This document shows, piece by piece, positions 19,124 to 29,080 of a stretch of DNA of 64,000 bases. Below the pieces are notes generated by a model. That model was not told where the DNA came from. It made no database searches and saw only the letters and a program-made list of their open reading frames with translations. Numbering within the stretch: position 1 is the stretch's first letter; each line of letters begins with the position of its first letter. The stretch is from a virus: IMG/VR virus record IMGVR_UViG_3300038461_000101, positions 24,724 through 88,723 of that record. One strand, 5' to 3'. Position numbers and translations under genes: made by a program.

Positions 19124-19960
19124 TTAGAGTATCCCGTATATGGCCTTTAGATATAGTTCAACATCATTGCGGTGAGAATCACTTATGCTTTCATGATAGC
19201 ACAAAAATGCTGCCATATCGCCATTGTATTTGCCATCGTTGCCAAGGTTGATGGTACCGATCGTAGGATCATTCCAGTTCCAGGTAGCCAGATCTGGATT
19301 GGTATGAGTGGTTATAAGAGAACCATTCTTATAATACTTTACAGTTCGTCCAGTTACTACATCCTGCGTATGGACAAACTCAAGTATGACTGGATTGGTA
19401 TCAGGCAACGTGAAGTCAACCGTATCGGCTCCAGTATCATCCCACTGTCCAGTGCTATAGTTACGCAGCCATTCTGGACCAGTGTTGGGTGCACCATCAA
19501 AGATACCTATTGGATTGACAGTGGCAGGCTTGAGCACAAAGAAGTAGGAGGAACTGTTTCCTGGAGCCATTGTAGCAAACTTGAGATAGAGTGAATTGGC
19601 ACCGTCAAAGCGATAGACTGATCGACCATTGATAATGTTGGTCTTGTAGGTCGGTCTATTCGCTGCCGATGTCTGCAAACCGTGCATGGCAGCTGCACTT
19701 TGATCGGTTGCCTTGTAAACTGTATCTCCATCCACGCAGAGAGTAACACCATTGTCCTTGTAGGATTGGAGTCGAGCTTCCACCCAGGTTGACAGGTTGG
19801 TCTGGTAGGCCAGGGCTGGATCTGTATTGGTAATTGCCTTTTGGATGCTCACAAATAACATCGTAGTACCAGTACAAACGAAGGTGAGTAGATCAACCGA
19901 GTTCTTATAAGTGGACAAGGATGGTGCGGTATTGGAGGGCCAGTAAAAGGCAGAGTTCCA
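19124..19960 (-). CDS. C-terminal part of the fibre protein (LamG/ConA-like domain), continues the upstream gene in the -1 frame
   Basis: [25 protein letters not shown] completes the domain begun upstream; DGD.V....DQS, NRPTY....ING....RFDG pattern. Confidence 0.6.
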   Translation of the reverse strand, partial: WNSAFYWPSNTAPSLSTYKNSVDLLTFVCTGTTMLFVSIQKAITNTDPALAYQTNLSTWVEARLQSYKDNGVTLCVDGDTVYKATDQSAAAMHGLQTSAANRPTYKTNIINGRSVYRFDGANSLYLKFATMAPGNSSSYFFVLKPATVNPIGIFDGAPNTGPEWLRNYSTGQWDDTGADTVDFTLPDTNPVILEFVHTQDVVTGRTVKYYKNGSLITTHTNPDLATWNWNDPTIGTINLGNDGKYNGDMAAFLCYHESISDSHRNDVELYLKAIYGIL

Positions 19961-22545
19961 GAAGTAATGGTTCGGCCACCAGTACCATCCTGAATGATCT
20001 CAAGGAAGTATTGTTGACCGGCCACCATATTACTTGGAAGACCCATGATGCGACTGGCTCCAAGAGTAACCTTAGCACTTCCAAGAGAGCAGTCCCAGGC
20101 AATTGTGGCTGCATCTGTGAGTGTCTGGAAGTTGGTTCCACCACTGGCTACTACCTGAACCCATCCAGCATTCTTTCGAGCATATTGATTGCCATCGGTC
20201 GGAGCTTCTGGCATTCCAGCCCAGGTTGACATATGTCCATAGGACACGATGATCACATCGGTCGACTCCGGGGCTACTGCCATGGTGAATGTACCAGCAG
20301 CAGGATTGGTTTCTACCCATCCCTCAGAGGATCCTTGGGTAAGAGCCTGACCGTTGAGAAGTACCAGTAAAGTGCCTGAGACATAAGAACCCTGCGAAAC
20401 CGTGTAAAGGCAGTTCACACTGTTTCTGGCACCTGCTAGTGTGCCATAAGATGGAGTAGTACCACCAGCCTCATCAATGTAGAAAGTATTGCTGGCAGGG
20501 CCTGATGCTCCCGATGGGCCTGTAGGACCGCTTGCACCAGGGGCACCTGAAGCTCCAGAAGGTCCCGTTGCTCCAGTTGGACCTCCTGCTGGGCCGGTTG
20601 GGCCTGAAGGTCCGGTTGGACCCGATGGCCCGGAAGGACCAGTTGCACCATTAGAACCTGCAGTTCCTGATGGCCCTGTGGCACCGGTTGGGCCACCTGC
20701 TGGACCCGTAGCACCAGATGGACCAGCTGCTCCTGATGGGCCTGTATTTCCTGTGGCACCCTGACCGCCCGCTGGCCCGGTAAGTCCCTGTGGCCCTGTA
20801 GGGCCTGAAGGACCCTGTGGCCCGGTAAAGCTGGCTCCCGTAGCTCCCTGAGGGCCTGTAGCTCCTGTGGGGCCACCAGCAGGGCCTGTTTGTCCGATAG
20901 GCCCGGTCGGGCCACTAGGCCCATTACTTCCTGCAGGCCCGGTCGATCCAATTTCACCAGTAACATTCAAAGTCCATGTACCAAGAGTTCCAGTACCTAC
21001 GAATAGATCAGAAGTGAAATGAACAGTCGATCCATCCCAGGATGTGATGATACCTTCCATCCAATGGGTAGTGTCGTAGACTGCTCTAATGCGCATTCCA
21101 ATATTCCAGCCAACAGCAGCAGCAGTAAGAAAAGCCTTGTCGCCCGTTCCCAATAAGACAGATGTTGTTGAAGTGGCCTTTAGGCCAAGGCCATTAGTAC
21201 CATTGGTACCAGAAGTTCCAGATGCACCAATCGGCCCGGTGGGACCAGAAGGACCTGTCAATCCAATTTCACCCGCAATACCTAATGACCAGATGGCATA
21301 TTCATTTGGAGCACCACTACAAATATCAACGGTGATCTCAGCAGTAGGATAGTTCCATCCAGTCAGAACACCTTCCATCCAGAATGCAGGTGAAGCAGTA
21401 GCACGGATCCTTTGATAAGCAATCCAGCCAGTATTATTTCCAATCGTAAAGGTTTTTACACCAAGCCCGATCGTTTGGTTGGTTGTGGAAGAACTGGTTA
21501 TCCCAAGTCCAGTTGGACCACTGGCTCCTGTAGGACCTCCAGGCCCTGTGGGGCCAGAGTGTCCTGAAGCACCTGATGGTCCTGTTGCTCCGGTCGGGCC
21601 TCCAGCGGGGCCAGTAGCTCCTGCAGGTCCAGAAGGCCCGGTAGCACCAGTCGGCCCTCCTGCAGGGCCAGTAGCACCGGCTGGCCCGGTTGCACCACTA
21701 GGCCCGGATGGGCCAGTTGGTCCTGAATGACCAGACGCACCCGATGGGCCGCTTGGCCCGGTCGGGCCACCAGGATCTCCCGGTGCACCAGGAATACCAA
21801 TACCAGGAGGCCCTACGGGGCCTGAAGGTCCGGTCGGCCCGGTGGCTCCTGCAGGCCCGGATGGGCCAGAGGGTCCAGTTGGTCCAGAAGGGCCACCATT
21901 GGGGCCTGTAGGCCCTGTGGCTCCCGTAGGCCCACCAGCAGGCCCGGTTGGTCCTGTGGGGCCTGTAGCACCTCCTGGCGAACCTGCAGGGCCACTTGCA
22001 CCTATGGGGCCAGTATTCCCAGGCTCACCAGCAATAACAATGTTCCAGGCTGAGTAAGTACCACTACCTTTGATGCGATCAGCCTGAATATGTAGATCTC
22101 CCCATATATTCGAGAAGAATGTGCATGGGCCTTCAAGCCAATTATTTTCATCAAAGGCTGCTCGTAAACGAACTCCGATCGCAAAAGCTGCTGTAAGAGG
22201 TGCGCCAATGAAGTGAGCATCACCAAGGGCAATGGTAATACTGGTGGTAGATGTTCCAATAACTCCCGGGCCAGTGGCTCCCGTAGCTCCTGGAGTTGCA
22301 GGGCCGGTTGGCCCTGAATGACCAGATGGCCCGGTTGGACCTGTGGCACCACCAGCAGGGCCAGTGGGACCGCTTGGACCAGTGGCTCCAGGTGAACCAG
22401 CGATCAACGCTGCATGTTCGGCTGCAGTCAAATGATAGGCTTCAACGGGGCCGGTAAGAGATGGAGCTTTACCACCTTGAAGACCAGCGAGGTCATTATG
22501 GTTGAAGGATCCAGCAGTGCTTTTAGGAGTGGGTACGCCAGCCAT
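19849..22545 (-). CDS. collagen-like tail fibre protein
   Basis: Extensive G-P-T/G-P-S/G-A-T triplets, three copies of a ~75-aa beta domain (TSTTS...W.EG...W....GE.G), foldon-like [17 protein letters not shown]. Confidence 0.85.
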   Translation of the reverse strand: MAGVPTPKSTAGSFNHNDLAGLQGGKAPSLTGPVEAYHLTAAEHAALIAGSPGATGPSGPTGPAGGATGPTGPSGHSGPTGPATPGATGATGPGVIGTSTTSITIALGDAHFIGAPLTAAFAIGVRLRAAFDENNWLEGPCTFFSNIWGDLHIQADRIKGSGTYSAWNIVIAGEPGNTGPIGASGPAGSPGGATGPTGPTGPAGGPTGATGPTGPNGGPSGPTGPSGPSGPAGATGPTGPSGPVGPPGIGIPGAPGDPGGPTGPSGPSGASGHSGPTGPSGPSGATGPAGATGPAGGPTGATGPSGPAGATGPAGGPTGATGPSGASGHSGPTGPGGPTGASGPTGLGITSSSTTNQTIGLGVKTFTIGNNTGWIAYQRIRATASPAFWMEGVLTGWNYPTAEITVDICSGAPNEYAIWSLGIAGEIGLTGPSGPTGPIGASGTSGTNGTNGLGLKATSTTSVLLGTGDKAFLTAAAVGWNIGMRIRAVYDTTHWMEGIITSWDGSTVHFTSDLFVGTGTLGTWTLNVTGEIGSTGPAGSNGPSGPTGPIGQTGPAGGPTGATGPQGATGASFTGPQGPSGPTGPQGLTGPAGGQGATGNTGPSGAAGPSGATGPAGGPTGATGPSGTAGSNGATGPSGPSGPTGPSGPTGPAGGPTGATGPSGASGAPGASGPTGPSGASGPASNTFYIDEAGGTTPSYGTLAGARNSVNCLYTVSQGSYVSGTLLVLLNGQALTQGSSEGWVETNPAAGTFTMAVAPESTDVIIVSYGHMSTWAGMPEAPTDGNQYARKNAGWVQVVASGGTNFQTLTDAATIAWDCSLGSAKVTLGASRIMGLPSNMVAGQQYFLEIIQDGTGGRTITSGTLPFTGPPIPHHPCPLIRTRLIYSPSFVLVLRCYL

Positions 22546-22552
22546 TGGAACC

Positions 22553-24106
22553 TCAGTTCATTTCCAGGATTGCTTCAACTTCATTGATCCGAATAGGAAT
22601 GCCACCAATGTAGTAACCATGTGTTCCCACAAAGGCAAAACCATTGACGATGATTGCCCAACTTCCATAGGTGGCATTTGAAAATAGAGAAACTGGAATG
22701 AAATCTTGGAACACACCACCCTGGCTGAATATGGCAATTCCATACCAGTTATCAGAAAGTCTTTTGGCCCAGCAGAGAATATTGTTTGTGTCGGAATCTA
22801 ATCGGTTGAAGGCAGTTTTGATGTCATAACCAGTTTCAATCAAGGGGATCATGGAGTGTTGGATGTAATCAGTTAGATAGATTCGATTGTCATGCCCCTT
22901 CTCGAAACCCATATACTGCATTTCCATACCAGTTTCAGTAAGTATGTGGGCATCTATTTTGTAAGGATAGGGAGTGCCATATGCAGCAGCCGACATGGGA
23001 TAAGCTGATTGTGAAGTTATTACCTCATAATGATTGTCGGCTTCCACATGGTAACTTGCAACATATTCACAGTAGAGAAAGAATGAGTTTGCTGGAGAAG
23101 TAAATCCATCTGTAAGGCCAGCTCCGCCACTACCAGATGGAGGAGATTGATAAGAAGGCCATCCAGGAAATACGTCAACGGTTAGCACTGGATCATAGGT
23201 AATTTCCTGAACAGTTGTGGGTGTAAGTGTTTTGTCGGATAGATCAAATCCAGCCCATTCATATTTGTAGAGGCCAAGAGCAGCCAACCAGTAGGTACCA
23301 TGTCTATCCCAGGGGCCACTACCATAAGGAATTGCGATCGCTGCTCTTACAATGAAACCACCATTCCCCAAATGAGATGCAACAACTCCTCCAGCTATAT
23401 TATCGGCAGGTGAAGACCACCAAGAACCATTGTGTGCAAAATTATAGTTTGCCATCAACATTTCTTTTTGTATACCAAACGAGGCTTCTGCAAAGTTAGC
23501 AATCACTCCAGCAAGATGAAAATAACCTCCCTGATTATTCATCATATTTCCATATCCAGAGCTTGCCTCTTCTACAAAACCTGCAATGAAATCACCACTC
23601 CTTGTGTTCTCATTGAACCCACTGTCATGACTGAAGAAAATGTTTCCTGGAGTTGCAAATTCAAAATTGAAAGTATTTTCAAGAACCCATACAGAAGTGC
23701 TAACATTGAGTACACCAAAATCCCATTGGGAAAGATAGGTAGTTGATCCCGCAGGGATATTGGCAGTATCTCTGACTAGCACTCTGAACTCATACTTGGA
23801 TATTTTTTTGATGCCAGCACAATAGATATTGGCAGGTGGAATGGTAACCTCATAAGTTTCGGCAATTGAAAGTTCGTCTTCGCTTAGATAAATTACATGA
23901 AGTTCCACGGAATAATCTTCAGCTACTTTTGTCCAGGCGACTCCTTTGTCATTTGGATTGCTAAAGACACACAGACTTATTCCACCCCAATCAGTTTGAT
24001 AATCAACTACTCCAAGATCTAATCCCATGTATGGGGCAACGCCATTCATGGGAACTCGATCAGAAGGATTCCACCATATGTAATCGCTCACACCGAGATA
24101 ATTCAT
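22553..24106 (-). CDS. putative tail/receptor-binding protein
   Basis: Position in the tail module; aromatic/Gly-rich. Confidence 0.5.
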   Translation of the reverse strand: MNYLGVSDYIWWNPSDRVPMNGVAPYMGLDLGVVDYQTDWGGISLCVFSNPNDKGVAWTKVAEDYSVELHVIYLSEDELSIAETYEVTIPPANIYCAGIKKISKYEFRVLVRDTANIPAGSTTYLSQWDFGVLNVSTSVWVLENTFNFEFATPGNIFFSHDSGFNENTRSGDFIAGFVEEASSGYGNMMNNQGGYFHLAGVIANFAEASFGIQKEMLMANYNFAHNGSWWSSPADNIAGGVVASHLGNGGFIVRAAIAIPYGSGPWDRHGTYWLAALGLYKYEWAGFDLSDKTLTPTTVQEITYDPVLTVDVFPGWPSYQSPPSGSGGAGLTDGFTSPANSFFLYCEYVASYHVEADNHYEVITSQSAYPMSAAAYGTPYPYKIDAHILTETGMEMQYMGFEKGHDNRIYLTDYIQHSMIPLIETGYDIKTAFNRLDSDTNNILCWAKRLSDNWYGIAIFSQGGVFQDFIPVSLFSNATYGSWAIIVNGFAFVGTHGYYIGGIPIRINEVEAILEMN

Positions 24107-24729
24107 TCTTGTGCTCCCAGGGTGAGACAAACCATTGCTCTTGTTGAAGCATTGAAGGCTGAAATATCAATCCAAAGCCAGTCGCCTTCAGGTAATAAGA
24201 CTTGGGCAAATGAAAGTTCAGTGCTTCCTGTAAGACCAGCCACAAGATCTGATGCCATCACATCTACACCAGTTGCACCGATCGTATGTCTATCTTCCAC
24301 GTTGAAGGTGAACGAGGTGCCATTGATAACAAAAGCATCTATCCGAAGAAGAATACGATCCTTTGGTATTCGCCCTCCTGCTACACCACCAATACCAACA
24401 AAGGTAATAGGCCATGAATAAGTGTAGATGTTAGCAATGAAGATGGGTTCAGGAACTGGAGCTTTTGCTGAAGTAGGAGTTGGCAATTTACCAGCAGGAA
24501 GAACAGGATCTGGTAGGGTTTGGGTTTGCACAAAAGGTGTGCCAGTCTGATAGTTGACTATTACCAGTTGACCTAGGGAAGGAGTGGGGCCAACATAGCG
24601 CAACTTATTCATTCGAGTGCCAGTACCAGATAGCCGAACAGAAACATAAGGTCCCAAGACATTGGTCACGATCGCCGGGATCATCTTCTGTTTGGATAAT
24701 TTAGTAATGGACTTCGAGAGTTCGCTCAT
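24103..24729 (-). CDS. putative tail tip protein with OB-fold-like N-terminus
   Basis: A.VT.V.G..VSVRL.G...P..GQ.V.V pattern; tail module. Confidence 0.45.
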   Translation of the reverse strand: MSELSKSITKLSKQKMIPAIVTNVLGPYVSVRLSGTGTRMNKLRYVGPTPSLGQLVIVNYQTGTPFVQTQTLPDPVLPAGKLPTPTSAKAPVPEPIFIANIYTYSWPITFVGIGGVAGGRIPKDRILLRIDAFVINGTSFTFNVEDRHTIGATGVDVMASDLVAGLTGSTELSFAQVLLPEGDWLWIDISAFNASTRAMVCLTLGAQE

Positions 24730-25706
24730 GCGAGGTTCTTCCTTCCGTTCATGGTCATGGAAAACGAACCATTCTCAAGGGAAATTTGAATGTCTTCGAT
24801 GATGGCATCTTCGGTGATATGGGTTTTGGTACCGGCCACAATCAAATCGAAGTGCATCAAATCGGAGATCTCCGGTCGGGGATCCAGACGCATTTGAGCC
24901 GTGATTGGAGTTCGATGTTCCAGGGCAATCTCTTGGATAGTATGAGTGGCTTCTACTGCACCAATATCCAACTCTGAGAGTTGGTAAAGTCTGGTAATGA
25001 ACCCAACCTGCTCAGCAGCCAGGGCATAAGTCGAGATACCTACATCGTAGTAGTAGACCAAACCATCTGAGGAAATATCGTTGTTGTTGACCTGCTTGTT
25101 GTCATAACTCCAAACATGGTTGGCTGCCACGGTGTCTTTGATGGTGTGATAGGTGAAGGCAATTGCCCGGTCGGTTTCAGGGAAGATCCAGACTGGCCGT
25201 TGCTGGTAGATCGACTGCAGGGCATTGTCACCAGTGGTTTCATAGTCCACATACACAGCATCACGCCAATCAGGAATCTCTTCTCTGCGAATGTTGGTGA
25301 GTGTCACGGCACCACCTAGGGCTTTGAGATCGGCCACCGTGGTGTAATCGGCATACTTGGTCAGGGCCATGACGTAGGAGTAAACCCATCGGTTGTTGCA
25401 GTAAACCGAGATTGCTACATCGTGAATATAGATCCAGACATCCAACGCTGGATTAGTGGTATTTCCAATTGGAAAATCGGATGTGTCAACGATTGTGCCA
25501 CCAAGAAGAGTGGATACTTGCATATACCGATTTCCACCATGAGTGGTCGTGCCAATTTGAATAGTGAGAACCTTGTATCCCTTATCGGGATCTGTGTTCT
25601 CTTTTCCAAATGCAGCAATGCCCTGGATGTCGGTTTCCAGAAGCAAGGAAATTGCATCATTGACGGTATAGGTGTAGCGCAGGGAGAAGGCACCGTTCTT
25701 GTTCAT
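24726..25706 (-). CDS. putative tail tip/hub protein
   Basis: C-terminal DPRPEISD...IIEDIQI...FSMT resembles Tal/hub C-termini. Confidence 0.5.
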   Translation of the reverse strand: MNKNGAFSLRYTYTVNDAISLLLETDIQGIAAFGKENTDPDKGYKVLTIQIGTTTHGGNRYMQVSTLLGGTIVDTSDFPIGNTTNPALDVWIYIHDVAISVYCNNRWVYSYVMALTKYADYTTVADLKALGGAVTLTNIRREEIPDWRDAVYVDYETTGDNALQSIYQQRPVWIFPETDRAIAFTYHTIKDTVAANHVWSYDNKQVNNNDISSDGLVYYYDVGISTYALAAEQVGFITRLYQLSELDIGAVEATHTIQEIALEHRTPITAQMRLDPRPEISDLMHFDLIVAGTKTHITEDAIIEDIQISLENGSFSMTMNGRKNLA

Positions 25707-28648
25707 ACACTCACCGTGCCATTCTGTGCAAGAGGAGCTGAGGCAATCAGATGATCACCCGGGAAGCGTGCCTGAGTTCCCGAAAGTCGAGTTACTTTGT
25801 CCAGTAAACCTTCGATGGTATTGTCTTCATCGCCACTGGTTCCCATGAAGCCAAGCAGGGTCACAGAATCGTTATGGTCTATGTAAACGAATGAGCCGGT
25901 CGTGTGTTGTACTTCTGTCTTGGTGGTGTCGATCAAAGCTACTCCAGTAAGGCCATTGGTAAGCCAAACCTTTTCCTCGCAACTGTCATTGGCACCTTCA
26001 GGGATTACATCATTCAGGCCATAGATACGCATTCTCTCTAATTGCCATACCACTACACCCCCGGTTGTAACCCAGGGTTTAAAGAAGGTCTGGTCAGCTA
26101 TCCAGGAATAACCATTGTCAGTGCAGACAATTGCACCTGCAAAGAGGGCATGGTTGGAGTCGTCGGAGATCCATTCAAAATCGAAAATCTCAACGGCCCG
26201 AATGCCAGTATAGTGGTAACTGTCATAGAGATCGGTGTTATATCCATTCCAATTCAGAATAGCCCTGAGTTGATAGGGACCACGGATCTGGTCATAGGTA
26301 AAGAAGGTGTTCTTTCCTGAGAAGTTGTAGATGTAATCATCGACAGAGATCTTGCCAGATGATGGGAAGACACCGAAGGCAGATGCTCCAGTCTCAGGAT
26401 CAATGTCACAGGGCATGACTGGTATCTGGTTGCCAGATGAAAAGAAGCCACAGCAGCGGAACTTTGGTGGATCTATGATGGCCCAAACTCCAGTATGGTA
26501 GATGTATGAGCCGGAGGCATCTGTGTCGATGTTCTCTGGAGAAGATGAAACAATAGGCACTTCATAGGTGATTGGAGTATCGGATGTCTTCCAGGAATAA
26601 GACAGCATGGAGCCTCGTTGAGGCCATGTCGCTGCAGCGATCGCTTTGTATTCCACGCCAAAGAGACCATCCCGGTGCCAGAAACGAATATCATATGTGC
26701 CACCATCCTGGATGCCAGCTTCAGCCACTTCAAAGAGTGTGTACCGAATGCCATAGCGGATCTTGGCAATTCCAATGTAACCGGGGCGCATGTAGCCTGC
26801 AATGAAGTTATCCTTATCGGTGCCCAAGCCAAGAAGACCCGCAAAGGTGTATGGACCCACGATCGTAAATCGACCGGTCTCTTCAAAGTTCCAGGCATTC
26901 CATGGAGAGAAAGCAAACAGAATTTGGGGAACACCTTTTTGCTGAGTGGTGATCTTGCTATCTACCACAGTGAAGCCCAGGGTAGCTGATGGAATGTATT
27001 CCACCACGATCCCGGGCATTTCAATTCGAGAGAGATAGTAAGTGGTGTTGCCTGAGCCAGAGATAACACGCACTCCAAGTTTCAGGATCTTCCATCCCTG
27101 GCCGGGATTGGTAAGAGTGAAGGAAACAGGGAATGAGCCAGCCCGGGCACCCGCCGCAAACCAGGTCTGAGGTGGATTGGCATGGGCTGAGGTGAGATTA
27201 CCTATCAGGGTAACAAGCGTGGAAACATTTCCACTGAGATCCTGAACCTGAACAAGCCCATAGAAAGTATCGTTGGGGGTGTTGGTAGGAGTGGAATCGG
27301 CCACATTCGGATTGGTGGAAGGGATACCAGCCCTGGACCAGCCATAGATATTGATCACATAGCTGGCAGCATCTTCAAAGATTGGATATGAAGTGGCAAG
27401 GCCAGATTCCAAAAGGTCATTTCCCCAGGTATCTGTAGTGGTACTTCCAGCGTGGGTTTGGCGGGTATAACCCTCAGGATCTGAAGTGGGTGAAAGATCT
27501 TGAGTAAGTGACCAGCGTTGACCGGCTCCTCCATCCACGTTGGAGAGTGAGTCAAGGGTAAGGCAGGGTGTTTGGAGATATTGTTTGCCCTGCCATTCCA
27601 TGTAATAAGGATGGGTCATAACACTGGTGTGCCAGGGGCCATCTGCTTCCAGTTGGATGGACATCTTTCGCAATCCATTTGCCCAATTACGATCGACCGC
27701 AGAGATAACCACATCGTAGTATTTCACCCATTCGGGGTTGGCATTGGCTGTTACGATACCGATCTCCAGTTTGGCAAACCCACCTTCTACTACCAAGGGA
27801 TTGGTATAGTATTCTTCCTTCCCTGATTTGATGTCTGCCACCCATCCCTGAGTTACGGATCCCGAGAGATTTCTCATGACGATGGCGATATTTTCTGTAG
27901 CTTCGCCAATGATCTGGTAAGGGGCACTTGTTCGATAGGTATGAGTGGTATTGTAGAAAACAATCTGGCCGGTACCAGTCTCATATCTGGCACCAAAGCG
28001 ATCATCCACAATGCTGACCAGCACCCGCCGATCCAGAGAGAATGTAAATCCGTTATCAGAATAGGTGAACAAGGTCCATCGGGCATCATTCTGGAACTGG
28101 TCTTTTCGATAGAACTTGCCGACCATGAAGATGCGACTGTTGTAGACGAAAACGCTTGAGATGTCGAAGCTGCTCATATCTTCAGGGATGGCCGTGAAGA
28201 AGTCTGACCATGTACCATCCCGATTGTTGGCATTCAGTTTGTAATAAGCTCCTATAACTGCTCCATTGAAAGCTGTGAAATAGGCAAAGACCTTATCTCC
28301 AAGCAATACTGCGCCACCATAAGAGAGATGGCAGGTATCTGTATCTGCAGTCAGCACGTTCACTGGATCGAAAATCCTACCTGGAGAAACATGGGAAGCG
28401 GCCAGATCGTCTATGAAGGCCAGCCTGACAGCACCTTCATCGTAATAGAACTTTACTCCCTGAGTGCCAGAGACTGGATAGGTCACATAACCGGCTCCTG
28501 ATACTGGAGCCAGCGAGGGTGTGTAGACTTCGGCCTGCAGATCATCGGCACCAAAATAGACACGAGACTTATATGCAGTAAGTCTCGATTTTGCTTTGAT
28601 GCCAACCAGAGCAAGGGCTGCAGGAATTGCTGCTGTCGTGGTTCTCAT
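25703..28648 (-). CDS. large tail tip protein
   Basis: ~980 aa, two genes downstream of the tape measure; ATGA coupling. Confidence 0.55.
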   Translation of the reverse strand: MRTTTAAIPAALALVGIKAKSRLTAYKSRVYFGADDLQAEVYTPSLAPVSGAGYVTYPVSGTQGVKFYYDEGAVRLAFIDDLAASHVSPGRIFDPVNVLTADTDTCHLSYGGAVLLGDKVFAYFTAFNGAVIGAYYKLNANNRDGTWSDFFTAIPEDMSSFDISSVFVYNSRIFMVGKFYRKDQFQNDARWTLFTYSDNGFTFSLDRRVLVSIVDDRFGARYETGTGQIVFYNTTHTYRTSAPYQIIGEATENIAIVMRNLSGSVTQGWVADIKSGKEEYYTNPLVVEGGFAKLEIGIVTANANPEWVKYYDVVISAVDRNWANGLRKMSIQLEADGPWHTSVMTHPYYMEWQGKQYLQTPCLTLDSLSNVDGGAGQRWSLTQDLSPTSDPEGYTRQTHAGSTTTDTWGNDLLESGLATSYPIFEDAASYVINIYGWSRAGIPSTNPNVADSTPTNTPNDTFYGLVQVQDLSGNVSTLVTLIGNLTSAHANPPQTWFAAGARAGSFPVSFTLTNPGQGWKILKLGVRVISGSGNTTYYLSRIEMPGIVVEYIPSATLGFTVVDSKITTQQKGVPQILFAFSPWNAWNFEETGRFTIVGPYTFAGLLGLGTDKDNFIAGYMRPGYIGIAKIRYGIRYTLFEVAEAGIQDGGTYDIRFWHRDGLFGVEYKAIAAATWPQRGSMLSYSWKTSDTPITYEVPIVSSSPENIDTDASGSYIYHTGVWAIIDPPKFRCCGFFSSGNQIPVMPCDIDPETGASAFGVFPSSGKISVDDYIYNFSGKNTFFTYDQIRGPYQLRAILNWNGYNTDLYDSYHYTGIRAVEIFDFEWISDDSNHALFAGAIVCTDNGYSWIADQTFFKPWVTTGGVVVWQLERMRIYGLNDVIPEGANDSCEEKVWLTNGLTGVALIDTTKTEVQHTTGSFVYIDHNDSVTLLGFMGTSGDEDNTIEGLLDKVTRLSGTQARFPGDHLIASAPLAQNGTVSV

Positions 28649-29073
28649 GAAGTAGGTTCCGTTTCTGCCGTGATGCAAAGGAAAACGACCTGCACGTAAT
28701 ACCAGGCTTCCAGTCCTTCCAGGGCAGTTGCAAAGGGCTTAGGCTGAACCTGTTGGCTGAAGATAACTTGAAAGGTTTCTCCAAAGAAATCCACAAGGGT
28801 CAGGATATTGGTTGGAGTTCCGCCAGGGTCGTTGTATTTGAAGAACCGGATGAGGTCAGCATAGGTGCCACGATCACCATCATCTTCGTCATAGCGCAGA
28901 CGCAGGGTGAAGTTCCATAAGCGAAAGATACTACCCATACTTACATCAAGATCACCATCCAAGGTGACTTGAAGATCCTGCTTCTTGTCGAACTCTTCGA
29001 TGTAACCATCGGCTATGGCATAGAACTGCTTTGAGAGAGATCCATTACTGTTGGTGAGAGTGAAGTATTTCAT
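28645..29073 (-). CDS. distal tail-like protein
   Basis: 142 aa immediately after the tape measure gene. Confidence 0.5.
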   Translation of the reverse strand: MKYFTLTNSNGSLSKQFYAIADGYIEEFDKKQDLQVTLDGDLDVSMGSIFRLWNFTLRLRYDEDDGDRGTYADLIRFFKYNDPGGTPTNILTLVDFFGETFQVIFSQQVQPKPFATALEGLEAWYYVQVVFLCITAETEPTS

Positions 29074-29080
29074 GGTTGCC

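Noticed and set aside
20489-22057. Plus-strand G-P-V/G-P-E collagen-like ORFs
   Set aside because: Reverse-complement artefact of Gly-Pro codons (GGN CCN) in the real minus-strand collagen gene.
16461-24106. Diversity-generating retroelement targeting the fibres
   Set aside because: No reverse transcriptase and no adenine-variant TR/VR repeat pair noticed.
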